From Squalus acanthias (taxonomy: Eukaryota), in the NCBI GenBank assembly GCA_030390025.1, contig CM059449.1, positions 32,736,001 to 32,800,000 on the forward strand: DNA of 64,000 bases, read 5' to 3'. The translations under genes and the position numbers were made by a program. The notes beneath the pieces were generated by a model that searched no databases, was not told the origin of the DNA, and saw only the letters and a list, made by a program, of their open reading frames with translations. Below, piece by piece: positions 50,301-62,192 of this stretch (position 1 is its first letter; each line of letters opens with the position of its first letter).

Positions 50301-50797
50301 AGGATGTGATTGCTTTGGAGATGGGTGCAGAGGAGATTCACCAGGATATTACCTGGGCTGGAGCGCTTCAGCTATGAAGAGAGTTTGGACAGGCTGGGGT
50401 TGTTTTCCTTAGAGCAGAGAAGGCTGAGGTGCACAAAATTATGAGGGGCATAGATAGGGTAGATATAAAGGAATTTTTCCCTTATTTAAGGGGTCACTAA
50501 CTCGGTGGCATAGTTTCAAGGTAAGGGGCAGGAGGTTTAGAGGGGATTTGAGGAATAACTTTTTCACCCAGAGGGTGGTTGGAATCTGGTACGCACTGCT
50601 TGAAAGGATGGTAGAGGCAGGAACCCTCACAACATTCAAGAAGCATTTAGATGAGCACTTGAAACGCCATAGCATACAAGGCTACGGACCAAGTGCTGGA
50701 AAATGGGATTAAAATAGACAGGGCTTGATGGCCGGCGCGGACACGATGGGCCGAAGGGCCTCTTTCTGTGCTGTATAACTCTATGACTCTCTGACTT
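47341..50797 (+). mobile_element. 5'-truncated CR1 LINE (ORF1 esterase end and disrupted full ORF2), inserted in a duplicated GPCR promoter
   Basis: Motifs HIGTND and DGLHLN (SGNH-like), YFNARS, ITETWL, GVYYRPP, NYRPVSLTS and LADDTK, with a ctatgact-type tail. TGACT is present at both junctions, and the joined flanks match 38880-39000. Confidence 0.95.
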
Positions 50798-50928
50798 TCA
50801 CTGAAACTGAATGTGCAATGCTCTTTTATCACTCGAGGTTCCATCCAAGGTGTTAACGGGATCTAATTTTGAAAGCAGAATATCTGTGTGTCCATAACAC
50901 TGACAGAGAGCGTCGCTTCGCTCCGAAA

Positions 50929-51001
50929 ATAGAACAGCCGTTAATAATCATACAGATTGAATGCATATGCTGCCGTATTCTTGCAAAAGTGTGTGTTCAG
51001 A
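50929..51001 (+). pseudogene. Orphan degenerate copy of GPR139-like exon 1
   Basis: IEQPLIIIQIECICCRILAKVCVQ|gtgagc aligns with MGQPVIIQIENIYYPILAIVGLP. The ATG is lost (ATA), and flanks 50797-51083 match 38945-39234. Confidence 0.8.
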
Positions 51002-51083
51002 GTGAGCCGCTTATATTCAGTTAATATTCACTTTTAGCTGTATTTGACTTTATCACTGCTCCTGCTGTCGGTGTAATAATATT

Positions 51084-52164
51084 GGGCCGTATTTTGCTTG
51101 CGCTAAAACCCGGCACTTGCGATCTGTCTGGAATCTTCTTGACAGATCTTCCGCATCCCCTGGAAAAGTTCCTCTGCGGATGGAGAGTTGCGCTATTTGC
51201 CCAACTTCCGCCCGCTGAAAGGCCGTGGAATTCTTACGCCTAGTAAAAGCAGGCGTCATCCTGTATTTACCAGCATAAGAGTTTTAATAAATATAAAAAA
51301 TAAAATTTCATCACTCATTGATACATGAAGAAGCCTGTCCATTGATAAGATTACTTTTAGCCACGTTAAACATATTTTTTTTCAAAAAATGTTTTTAAAA
51401 AAATATTTAATTAAGTGCCATTTTAATTAATTTTATATGTATTCGTGTATTTTTTTTAGTCATCCCCATTCGTTTTCGCATAACTATGAACGGGGATTCC
51501 CTTCTTTCATTGGTTGGGCTCACCCACTTGATCCCAGGGGCGCTCGCGAACCGCATGCGCCCTTGGGATAGGTGGGCGTCTACGCATTTCTACTTGGAGA
51601 GGCCCAGGATCGCAAGCCTCCGTATCTCCCGGACTACCACTTAAATGCGTAGAAAATTTGATGATCGGAGGAAATGATGAATTAAGTAAAATTGAAACAT
51701 TTTTTCCACAGGTTTATCATTTTTAAATATTTAAAGAAAGGTAAGCTTATTTTTAGCGTCGTTAAAAACTTTAATACATTTTTTTCAAAACATTAATTTT
51801 TTGTTTAAAGCAGTTAATTTATGTAATTAATAGTTATTTTTAAAATGTGATGATTTAAAAAAAAGTATTTGAAGATTTACTTTGGTTTTGGGGCCGATAT
51901 CTATTCATAGATTTGAAAGGTCTTCCTGTCAAATCTGTGAATGGAGATTCCCTGCTCCGCTTGGCTCCCCATGGCCCACGTGATCCCAGGGGATGCTGCG
52001 AACTTGCTTCGCCGCTGGGATACGCGAGCACGGCACACCGGCAGCTGGAGGAGGCCCAGGATCGGAATCCCACGCGGGCCCACAGCACAACGGCAGGCGC
52101 CCTATGTAAGTGGACCCGCTATGCTTGTACCCGCGGGAAGCCTCCGACCCGAATTTCTGGGCCC
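51084..52164 (+). mobile_element. Chimeric GGGCC-ended MITE (copy E): A-type 5' part fused to C-type 3' part
   Basis: 51084-~51670 matches copy A and ~51680-52164 matches copy C from ~38305 onward. Ends gggccgtatttt / gaatttctgggccc. Confidence 0.75.
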
Positions 52165-52274
52165 ATGCATGATGTTTAATTTTCCATAGCTAAGACTCAT
52201 GACTAAGAATGAATTCAGTTGGCTGTATTTCTAAGTGAGTGCCAGACATCTGTAGCAGTGATGATTAAAAACCT

Positions 52275-53500
52275 GTTGAAGACGGTGGTGGTGAGCCTTC
52301 ATCTTGGACGATTGCAATCCATGTGGTGAAGTTTACTCCCACAGTACTATTAGATAGGGAGTTCCAGAATTTTGAACCAGCGACGATGAAGGAACAGCGA
52401 TATATTTCCAATCCAGGATGCTGTGTGACTACGAAGGGAACTTGAAAATTGTGGTGTTTCTTTGTACCTGCTGCACATGTCCTTCTAAATGGTAGAGATC
52501 ATAGGTTTGGGAGGTACAGCCGAAGAACCATTTGCGAGTTTCTGCACAGTATCCTGTAGATGGTACAGTCTGCAGTCACTTTGCGCCATTGGTGGAGGCA
52601 GTGAATTTTTAAGGTGGTGAATGGTGTGCCGATCAAGCGAACTCTTTTGTCCTGGATGGTGTCGAGCTTCTTGAGTGTTGTTGGAGCTGCACTCAGCCAG
52701 GCAAGTGGAGAGGATTCCATCACAATCCTGACTTGTGCCTTGTAGGTGTTGGAAAGTCTCTGACGAGTCAGGAGGTGAGTCACTCGCCACGGAATCCATA
52801 TTATCTGACCTACTCCTATAGCCACAGTATTTATCTGGCTGGTCCAGTTAAGTTTCTGATCATTGGTAAACCTCAAGATTTTGATGGTGGGGGATTCGAC
52901 GATGTTAATGCCTTTGAATGTTAAGGAGAGTTATTTATATTCCCTCTTGTTGGAGATGGGCTTTGCCTGGCATTGTGAAACGCATATATTATTTGCCACT
53001 TATCAGCCAAAGTGTGGATGTTGCCCAGGTCTTGCTGCATGCAGGCACGGACTGCATCATTTTCAGAGGAATTGTAATGGAATTGTACACTGTGCAATCT
53101 GAAGCAAACAACCACACTTATGACCTTATGTTGGAGGCAATGTCATTGATGAAGCAGCTGAAGATGTTTGGGCATAGGACACTGCCCTGAGGAACTCCTT
53201 TAGGGATGTCATAGGGTTGAGATGATTGACCTCCAACAACCACAACCATCTTCCCTTGTTCTGGGTATGACTCCAGCTGGTGCACCATTTCCCTCTGATT
53301 GCCATTCATTTAACATTTTACTCGGGCTTCTTGGTGCCACATTCGGTCAAATGTTGTCTTGAGTTCAATGCCAGTCTCTCTCGCCTCACCTCTGCAATTC
53401 ACCTCTTTGTCCATATTTGTACGAAGGCTGTAATGACGTCTGGAATCGAATGGTTCTGGTGGAACCCCAACTGAGTATCGTTGAACAGGTTATTGTTGGG
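52275..53500 (-). mobile_element. Second LINE family, decayed RT and 3' region
   Basis: Minus frames GVPQGSVLCPNIFSCFINDI and YKAQVRIVMESSPLAW. Confidence 0.85.
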
Positions 53501-53914
53501 TATTTCCCGCAGAACTTGAAGTATTCCATTCAGATACTTACAGACAAGATAACGTTCGGTCAGTTTACGGTTCGTGCAAAATCTAGTATGGCGGTCAGGA
53601 ACATGTGGGGCAAAATGTCGGCATCAATTACACACTAGACTTCATTGACAACTGCAATTAAGAAACACATATTCGGAATTTTCATGCTGTTGTCCACCAG
53701 AAAAAACATTCATCTCTCGACTTTAGATTGACCAATATTGCTGAGCTCTCTGAAACAGTCTACAATAGGGGAGAAATTCGGATCTGCAGCGCCGCTTTTC
53801 CGGTGCTATGCAGCCTCTTAATTCTCTAAAATGGCATCCGAGATGCGCGCGCAGAGTACCGGCAAGACATGAGCTGGGCGCCACCTTGCTAAAGGGGTTT
53901 GCAGGGAAAGGTCT

Positions 53915-54875
53915 GCATTGCCTGTTGCTGTCAAGATGATTGCGATTTTTAATTTGTATGCAACTTGCTCTTTCTAGGCTGCTGCTGTTGATACAAACAA
54001 CCTCTCGCAGTTTGCTGTACCCTGCAGCATAAGGGAGGTCAGTGAGGCTCTCTATACAAAGACAGACAGCATCATCTCAATCCCTCTTGCCACAGACAAG
54101 CAGGCAAGGAGAGAAGGAAGGTTTATGCTTAATTCAGGCTTCCCCCTGATGCAAGGTGCCATTGAATGCACACACAATGCCTTGAGTGCGCCTCATGTCA
54201 ACTCGTCCATATTCAGGAACTGAAAGGGATTCCACTCCCTTAATATGCATCTGTTGTGCGACCACAGGCCACGCTTCCTGCAAGTGAACGCCTGTTATCC
54301 TGGCAGTAGTCATGATTCCTTCATTCTGCGGCAGTCCTCTTACCAGCTGTTTCTGATCCACCAGGGCCAGTCAAAGACTGAACACTGGGCGACAGAGGAT
54401 TATCCACTGATAAAGTGGCTCACGAATCCAGTCCAGAACCTACATACATATACACAGCACGCCTATAAATGAGAGCTATGCTGCCACAAGGAACATTACC
54501 GAGCACGGCATCTGCGTCCTCAAGCAGCGCTTCCGCTACCTGGATCACTCTGGAGGGGCCCTGCAGTGCACAGCTGAGCGGGTATCGAGATTTGTGGTAG
54601 TATGCTGCATGCTGCACAACCTGGCAGTAATGAGGGAACAGCCGTGTCATCACCTCTCAGGTGAGAAGATGAGGAGCTTGAACACGAGGGGGAGGAGGAG
54701 GAAGTGGAGGAGGGGGAAGTGGAGGAGGAGCAGGAGGAAGTGGTAGAGGAGAAGGAAGTGGAGGAGGAGAAGGATGTGGAGGAGCAGGAAAAGGAAGGGA
54801 GGCTACAACGAGGACAGCTCTCTATCCCCAGACTCTATCTGATGAAATAATTGATGAGCGATACCAGGAACTTTA
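53915..54875 (+). pseudogene. Harbinger DDE transposase (HARBI1-family) remnant
   Basis: ALPVAVK..., GFPLMQGAIECTH, FRN*KGFHSLN, YPGSSHDSFILRQS, LGD, LKQRFRYLDHSGG, CCMLHNLA and a Glu-rich tail, with stops and frameshifts. Confidence 0.92.
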
Positions 54876-55049
54876 ACCACACCTCCCCATTCACCAACAG
54901 TCTCAGGCTCCTTACCTGTCTTCTATCATTCACCATCACATCGTCCACTTTCCGACAACACAAAAATAAAAACCACTAGACAATGCACATTTCAAACCAA
55001 ATCCAAAATTTATAAATTTAATCATACAAAAATAAAACAGTCATCACTG

Positions 55050-56915
55050 TGCATTCCCTTAGTGCCTGTTGTCCCGTTCTCCAACACGCTGCTTCCCCAG
55101 TACCTGCCGCATGGGTGTTGAAACGCTGCAGACCGTCAATTGAGGAGACTGCAGGAGGCCTTGGTGATCAACCTCGTGCAGGTCTGGGCCTAAATGACCT
55201 GGCTTCAGACTGCATCATCTCGGCATGGGCGGAAGCAGACTGGACTGGCTGTTTGACAAGCAATAGTGTGGGCACTGGCGGAGTCGGGTGGGGGGGAGGG
55301 GGTGGTTGGGCAGAGATGCTGTCATCCTGAGAGAGGAAAGCAGATCCATGCTCTTTGGAGCCACTGCCACTCACGCAGGGCGGCCCCTCAGCAATCCTAA
55401 TAATCTGCCGGAGGACAGACTGATGGACTCCTGTGAAGCCCTGGTAGCCCCCTTTCAACCGTGGTAGCCATATGCGAGAGGGCACCATTCTGAGCTTCCA
55501 CTGCAGAAGCCAGACCTTTAATGGAAGCTACTTCTGCTGCAATAGATGTTGTGAGATCGGCCATCAGATGCGGCATCATGGTGGGTTCCACATGTGTGCT
55601 CGTGGAGGTGATCACCGGTTCTGCTGCCATTTGGAAACAATGGGTTCCGTGCCCCACGCAAACCCTGGGGCAAGTTGATGGTGGACTCCTCTATGCTCCT
55701 GGACTTTGAGCGCAGGATTGCTGATAGACTTTCCAGTGCACTTAGAATTTGGGTGCATGCAACCCTCAACCTTCATCTGCAGCCTGGACCATAGAAGTCC
55801 TCATCTAAGTCCTCTGCAGCAGAACAAGTTTGAGACTTCGCCCTCTGGCGTGTTGGCACCCACGCTAATCTTCCCACCACCCCCCACCCCCAGGCCTGGG
55901 TCCTGCGCACTTGTTCCCCGTAGTCTCAGCACGTGCAGATCCTTCCTCTCTCCCAGCCTCTAAAATATGTGCAGAACCAATATCTGACCTGCTGGCTGCG
56001 CCTGTAAGAGGGATTGATGGTGTCTGTTAATCTTCACTTTCTTCTTCCTCTTCCTCCATTGACTGGGCAGGATCCAGTTCTTCGGTATCTGAAATGAAAA
56101 AGGGAAATTGGTTGGATTTGGTGATTGGAGAGGAGAAAGTAAGAAGTGCAAGTTTATACCCTCTGCAGCTTCTCAGTTAGAAGAGATTGACGAGCGAGTG
56201 AGAAGCGGTAGGAGAGAAGAAGGATTAGATATGCTGATGACCTCATCATGAATCGCTTCAGCCCTGCCAGTGGCCATGGCTTCAGGGATGCCCCTTCCCA
56301 TGATGGACAGCACTGTTCCTCCAATTGGGTTAAAACATGCAGGCATGCTTGATCTCCTCCAGCTCTTTTTTCTGCTGCCTGCCGTTAGACGTCACCTCGT
56401 TATGTAAGAAAGGGGGAAGTGCATCAGTGAGTGTCCTCCAATGTGTTTGTTTGATGTGGCTGTCATGCTTCAGTAACTGCCAGTGTGTGCGAGCTGTGAG
56501 TTGTGGTTGTGAGGCTTGCTATGTGCGTGAGGGTGGGGTAAAGCATATGAATTGAAGGGTTGAGCACTGATTGATAGAGATTGTGGGTAAGTGGGTGATG
56601 TGGGTGTGGTGAGTTGAGCAGTGGATGAGATTAGTTTTGCAGTCAATAGGATATGCCATTTGAAGAAGAACTCACTGACCTTGGCAGCTCGTGTGAGATC
56701 ATTAAACTGCTTCCTGCACGGCATCCGGGTTCTTGGAGCTCCACGATTGATATTGGCCTCTGCCGCTATTTTTTCCCGCTGCCTCCTGCGCATCAATTTG
56801 GAGAATCTCCTGCATCCCTGCTGATACAGGATATCTCTCCTTGTTTCCACCTGTTCCACCAAGGCAAATGCAGTATCTGAAATCCTTGGTGCACGCTCTA
56901 TAGCATGTTCAGCTA
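55050..56915 (-). pseudogene. Harbinger Myb/SANT-like gene remnant
   Basis: ERAPRISDTAFALVEQVETRRDIL...PRTRMPCRKQFNDLTRAAK|gtcagt is homologous to the exon at 27668-27907. Confidence 0.8.
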
Positions 56916-57669
56916 ATGCTCAAACTATCAACAAAGAAGCCCACCACTTCTTCCAGTCACAATGCACCTCCCAGTTTAGAGGAGTAGGCTGCCTTGAAGT
57001 AACGCTAGTCAATGGCAACATTGCACCCACTGCTGATGCGTGAATCCAATGAACAGCGCGGGTGAGCTGGATGCACGCTGAACTTACGTTAAGCAGTAGG
57101 GAGGACGAATTTACCATGCTGCCTGCAACGCAATGAATGGGCGCGGGTTAATGGCGTACCGCGATCCCGACGACTATTTTTGAGGTTTAGCAAATTTTTC
57201 CGTCAGCATGTGTCTGAGGTGAAATAAGTTCCGAACTGACGTGCGTTTTGCTTTCTCTGGTAATGCCGTGCCTGTGCTTATGTTTGGCTTGGGTTCAGTG
57301 CACAGGATCTGGTGTAACGCTGCTATAGCTGTCCTATTTGTATGAAATTAGACTTGGGCAGGGACTCAAAACAATCAGAATCACATTTGTGGATCGTTAT
57401 ACGACAAGCCTGATATTCCGTTCTATTAAAGTCAGTGGAACAGAATATCAGTCAGTACAAATAACAGGCGACCAATGCGATAACCTTGGATTTACGTACC
57501 CACCCTTGTCCATTTGCACCAATGAAATAGTCTCAGCATATAGTTCAGCTCAGCTAAATCAAATTATTCCCGAGTTGTGGTGACAAGGGTAATGACGGGC
57601 AACATTAGAGTTAGATTTTCAACTTGCCTCTGCCAGGTCAAAATTATTTTGTAGATTGGCCGCCCATTG

Positions 57670-58342
57670 TTTTTTTTTATTTGTTTATGTGATGTGGGAA
57701 TCGCTGGCAAGGCGCGCATTTATTGCCCATCCCTAATTGCCCTTGAGCAGGTGGTGGTGAGCTGCCTTCTTGAAACGCTGCAGTCCGTGTGGTGAAGGTA
57801 CTGCCACAGTGCTGTTAGGTAGGGAGTTCCAGGATTTTGAGCCAGCGACAATGAAGTATCGGCGATAAATTTCTAAGTCAGGATGCTGTGTGACTTGGAG
57901 GGGAACTTGGAGGTGGTGGTGCTCCCATGCACCTGCTGCTCTTGTGCTTCTAGGTGGAAGAGGTCGCGTGTTTGGGAGGTGAGGCCGAATAAGCCTTGGC
58001 GAGTTGCTGCAGTGCATCTTGTAGATGGTACACACTGCAGCCATGGTGCGCCGGTGGTGGAGGGGATGAATATTTAAGGTGGTAGACAGGTGCCAATCAA
58101 GCGGGCTGCTTTGTCCTGGACGGTGTCGAGCTTCTTGATTGTTGTTTGGAGCTGCACTCATCCAGGCAAGTGGAGAGTATACCATCACACAATTTACTTG
58201 TGCCTTGTAGATGGTAGAAATATTTTGGGGAGTCAGGAGGTGAGGCACTCGCCGCAGAATTCCTAGCCTCTGACCTGCTCTTATTGCCACAGTATTTATG
58301 TGGCTGGTCCAATTAAGTTTCTGGTCAATGGTGACCCCCAGG
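57670..58342 (-). mobile_element. Second LINE family 3' end
   Basis: Minus ORF AGQRLGILRRV...YKAQV...KSWNSLP...FKKAAHHHLLKGN, with an A-rich tail at ~57670. Confidence 0.9.
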
Positions 58343-58639
58343 TGTTAGAAACCATCCAATTGTTTTACTTCCAATGACATCAATGGTGATGAAAATCAAA
58401 CGGTTTCTACAATGCATATATTATCAGCAACTCCAGCTTCATGGCGTAAGTTGAAAACCGAACATGTATCATGAGGCACCAAACTGTCCTATTCAATTAT
58501 TATTGCAACAGTTAAGGAAAGGAATGCTTTGAATGCCCTAATGCATGGATTGCTTAAAATTATATATTAATGGGAAACACAGAGATATATAAGTATACTT
58601 AAAGAAAAATTCCCTTGGACAATATTGTACAGCGATATG

Positions 58640-58890
58640 ATACAAGTGTTTACAATGATGGAAGTTTGGGAAAGGATAGATATAAGCAGCGTGTTTCCAG
58701 TAGTTGAGTGACCAAGAATGAGGAGTCATCGGTAGAAGATTAAATGTAAGAGATTTGGAGCAAAGTGCAGCAGAAAGTTCTGTACATAATGGGTTGGTAG
58801 GCTGTGGAAGTCACTTGCAGGGTTAGTGTTTGAGGCATAAACAGTGTCAACATTTAAGTCTAAATTGGACAGGTGGATGATAAAATATCA
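58640..58890 (+). mobile_element. Short decayed CR1-type fragment
   Basis: Similar to 23350-23600 (gtttccagtagttgag...gaatgagg...gctgtggaa). Confidence 0.6.
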
Positions 58891-59535
58891 GACAATACTC
58901 ATATGGCAGTTGCGCAGTCTTAGTGCAGCAACAAATACGTATTTACGTTTATATAAAACTTGGAGGAGTTTGACGTTTCCTTGGTAAAGAGAAGACATGG
59001 AGCGACGCAATTGGACTGTTCAACACCATGAAGGCGATGAGCAAGTTTATTCAACCTAATTATTCTATGTGGTGAACAATTCAAATTTCATGATACATGT
59101 TGAAAGTTCGCAACTTGGGAGCAAAATATCAGGCCAGGCAGGACCTGTCACTGAAACGATCAAACATCCGTGGAATAATTTGCAAGAGTCACCAGTTGAA
59201 GGAAATAGTTAGCGGTTCAAACCGATAAATACGTATTTTTCTGACGGGGCGATGAGGATTAGCGAAAAGCAACAGATATGTTTCTCTAATTGATTTTCTT
59301 AGTTTCTGGGGAATTTTTTTTGTGTTTGGTCCAATCTATATCGCCTGTCTTATACTATAGGCAGACGTTAATATTAACCCGAGCATCTTTTATCTCATAC
59401 AGTATAACATCTAATATAGAGACAGATTGCTGCTTTCAAAGCCTTCCGAGATTCCTGTGTGTACATGTGAATTCAACAACTGATGTTACATTCGGATGGA
59501 TATAATTGCATTTCAGTTCTGTGAAGTTATTTAAC

Positions 59536-60440
59536 TTATTTGATTAAACTAGTAATTAGGGCCAGGGGACGCTTAATCGCATTCTTCAATTCCTCTCTGA
59601 ATTTACTCTGAGACACGGCATAAATAAACGTGTTTGTGCATGAACTCAAACAACTAAGCATATACCCGGACTGTTCCATAATGGTGAAAGAGTCGTTGTA
59701 ATTTGTTTCAAAAAATTGAACATCTGTAAATTGCACACATAAGAAAAATATGAAAATTACCATCCACAAAAGTATAAAATTGCCTGAGATGGCGAGCAGT
59801 AAAATGATAGATTTTCTTCGGTTCTCCATCTCTGTATCATTATGATTCTCACCATTATTATTTCCTCGGAGTCCCCTCCTCACTCTATTGGCAAGTACAA
59901 TATGTCTGGCGGTCAGGGCATTGAGAAGCAAAATGAAAACAAATGGTGCAAATGGAATTAAAATGGTTTCCAACCACAGATATGCTGCCCATATGGGTGA
60001 GGTATAGAAGCTTGATTTCACATAGCAGGACCATGGTACATTGTTAATTATTTCCCGAGGTTCATATACAAAGTAGATTGGAACATTTTGTAAACCGCTC
60101 AAGGAACACACCACTGCTATAACCACAGCCGCAGTCCTTTCGGTGCAATATTTAGTTCGGAACGTTTGGCAACAAATAGCAACAAATCGATCAAAGGTGA
60201 AAGCCACAGTTAACCAGACAGAGCAATCGATTGAGACAAAAACCAGGGCGATATTGAGACTACAAATTGGAGTATAATTCAAGAATGAATGTGGGAAATA
60301 AGCATCTTTAATCTCATACAGAATGACTTCAAATATCAGGACCATTAGATCAGCCGCTGCCATGGCCACCAGGTAACGGGTGATGCATTTAGAGAGACCG
60401 CACTTTCCACGGGAGAGAATGACGATTGTCACCAAATTAG
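59536..60440 (-). CDS. GPR139/GPR142-like class A GPCR, intact main exon (exon 1 expected beyond the right edge)
   Basis: Acceptor ttttttgcag|CT AAT TTG and ~300 open codons: AMAAADL (TM2 Asp), FTFDRFVAICC (TM3), RRKSIILL, CTNTFIYAVSQSKFREELK. The ORF-track start at 60612 is intronic. Confidence 0.88.
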
Positions 60441-61197
60441 CTGCAAAAAAGGAGGAAATGTCGTTACTGATTCTCCTGATATTGAGAGGATGATCAGTTG
60501 ACAGCGCTTTGGATGAAAATCCATGATTTTTTTCTGTCGCTCCACTGTCTATCATTATCTTTCTCCCATGACATGGGTCAAGATTCGCAATTCTGACAGG
60601 ATAAATTTCCATATCGATATTACCAGAAAATTATTCTGTGAGTTACTTCAGCAAAACAAAAATCTGCTGTGAAATTCACGGGTATATTTCAGCTTTCCCA
60701 GGACTAAATTTAGCCTTTCGGTTTGGCGCCCATAATAGCGTCTACCAGATATGATATAATCCTACAATAGAGGTTTCAGTGTGATAACATGATTCTGACT
60801 GCAATATTCCAGCGCTTTGTTTTCTGGAATCAGGTGAACATTCCTACCAGGTGTTCATCACGTGCTTTTCCTCAGCAAATAACCAGCAAATTAAGAGTCC
60901 TCAGCGATACATTGATCAGAGGCGGCGGACCTGGGTGGAGCAACAGCGGCGAGGCGGCGGCGGTAAAAGGCGGCAGCGACCAGGTAGGCTTTCACCAAGC
61001 CGAGAGCAGGAGAGAGGTAAAAAATAATCGAAGTGTGACGTCACCAGAAAGCAGGTAAGTGATTGGTTGGTGAGTATTTCTCTTTTTTTTATACAAAACT
61101 TCAATTTTATTGTTTCTCGGGTATCTGTGGTGTAGCAGAGACTGCTGGCACAAATTAACTGAAGGGTAAATAATACATTTTTAATTAATTACATAGA

Positions 61198-62154
61198 ATG
61201 GGAGAGCAGGTGATGTGTTACTGCTGCAATATGTGGGAGCTGGTGGACACCATTGATGTTCACGGTGAACACATTTGCAGTAAGTGTTGGCTGCTCGAGG
61301 AACTCCGGCTCCGTGTTGATGAGCTGGAGTCCGAGCTTCAAACACTGCGACACATCAGGGAGGGGGAGAGTTACCTGGACTCCGTGTTTCAGGAGGTAGT
61401 CACACCAATTAGAGTAACTAATTCAGAAGTAGCCCGTGGTCAGGGACAGGAAGGTGTGACTACGAGTGAGGCAGGTACAGGGATCCAGGAGGTAGTGTTG
61501 GAGGAGCCGCAGCCCTTGCTCTTGTCCAACAGGTTCGAGGCTCTTACTCCCTGTGTGGATAGGAGCGGGGACTGCAGGGAGGATGAGCAACCTGGCCACA
61601 GCACCGTGGTAAGGGGGGCCATTCAAGTGGGGGGAGTAAAAAGAAATGTTGTAGTGGTAGGGGATAGTATCATTAGGGGGATAGATAGGGTTCTTTGCAG
61701 CCAAGAGCGAGAGTCCCGAAGGCTGTGTTGCCTGCCCGGTGCCAGGGTTAAGGACATCTCCTCTGGGCTGGAGAGAAACTTGGAGTGGGAGGGGGAGGAT
61801 CCAGTTGTCGTGGTCCATGTTGGTACCAATGACATAGATAGGACAAGGAAAGAGGTTCTGCTGAGGGAGTTTGAGCAGCTAGGGGCCAAATTAAAAAGCA
61901 GAACCTCGAGGGTAATAATCTCTGGATTACTACCTGAGCCACGAGCAAATTTGGCTAGGGTAAATAAAATCAGGGAGTTGAATGCGTGGCTCAAAGACTG
62001 GTGTGGGAAAAATGGGTTTTGCTTCTTGGGACACTGGCACCAGTACTGGGGCAGGAGAGAGCTGTTCCGTTGGGACGGACTTCACTTGGCCAGTGCTGGG
62101 ACTAGTGTCCTGGCGAATCGAATAACTAGGGCTGTGGAGAGGGCTTTAAACTAA
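61198..62154 (+). CDS. CR1 ORF1 protein (zinc finger, coiled coil and SGNH/esterase domain)
   Basis: 318 aa with CxxC...CxxC, LEELRLRVDELESEL, LSNRFEAL, VVGDS, HVGTND and DGLH. Confidence 0.93.
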   Translation: MGEQVMCYCCNMWELVDTIDVHGEHICSKCWLLEELRLRVDELESELQTLRHIREGESYLDSVFQEVVTPIRVTNSEVARGQGQEGVTTSEAGTGIQEVVLEEPQPLLLSNRFEALTPCVDRSGDCREDEQPGHSTVVRGAIQVGGVKRNVVVVGDSIIRGIDRVLCSQERESRRLCCLPGARVKDISSGLERNLEWEGEDPVVVVHVGTNDIDRTRKEVLLREFEQLGAKLKSRTSRVIISGLLPEPRANLARVNKIRELNAWLKDWCGKNGFCFLGHWHQYWGRRELFRWDGLHLASAGTSVLANRITRAVERALN

Positions 62155-62192
62155 TTAGTGGGGGGGAGGTTTCAAGAGAGCAAAAAATAAAA

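Larger units (their letters stand above)
53768..57203. mobile_element. Decayed PIF/Harbinger transposon with convergent nuclease (+) and Myb/SANT (-) genes
   Basis: Imperfect TIRs ggggagaaatt ... aatttttccgt, with both gene remnants present tail-to-tail. Confidence 0.85.

Noticed and set aside
50797-51083. Orphan GPCR exon 1 as a CR1 3' transduction
   Set aside because: Sequence left of the CR1 (47270-47345) continues the same promoter homology, so the CR1 inserted into a pre-existing duplicate.
54134-54653. Host HARBI1 gene
   Set aside because: It has stops and frameshifts, TIRs and an adjacent Myb gene, so it is a transposon copy rather than the domesticated gene.
60441-60612. N-terminal extension of the 358-aa GPCR ORF
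   Set aside because: It is intronic read-through upstream of the conserved acceptor. Paralogs use a separate 70-nt exon 1.
61198-62154. Stand-alone SGNH esterase gene
   Set aside because: It is ORF1 of a CR1 LINE. Esterase-containing ORF1s are established for this clade, and decayed homologs occur at ~10210 and ~47350.
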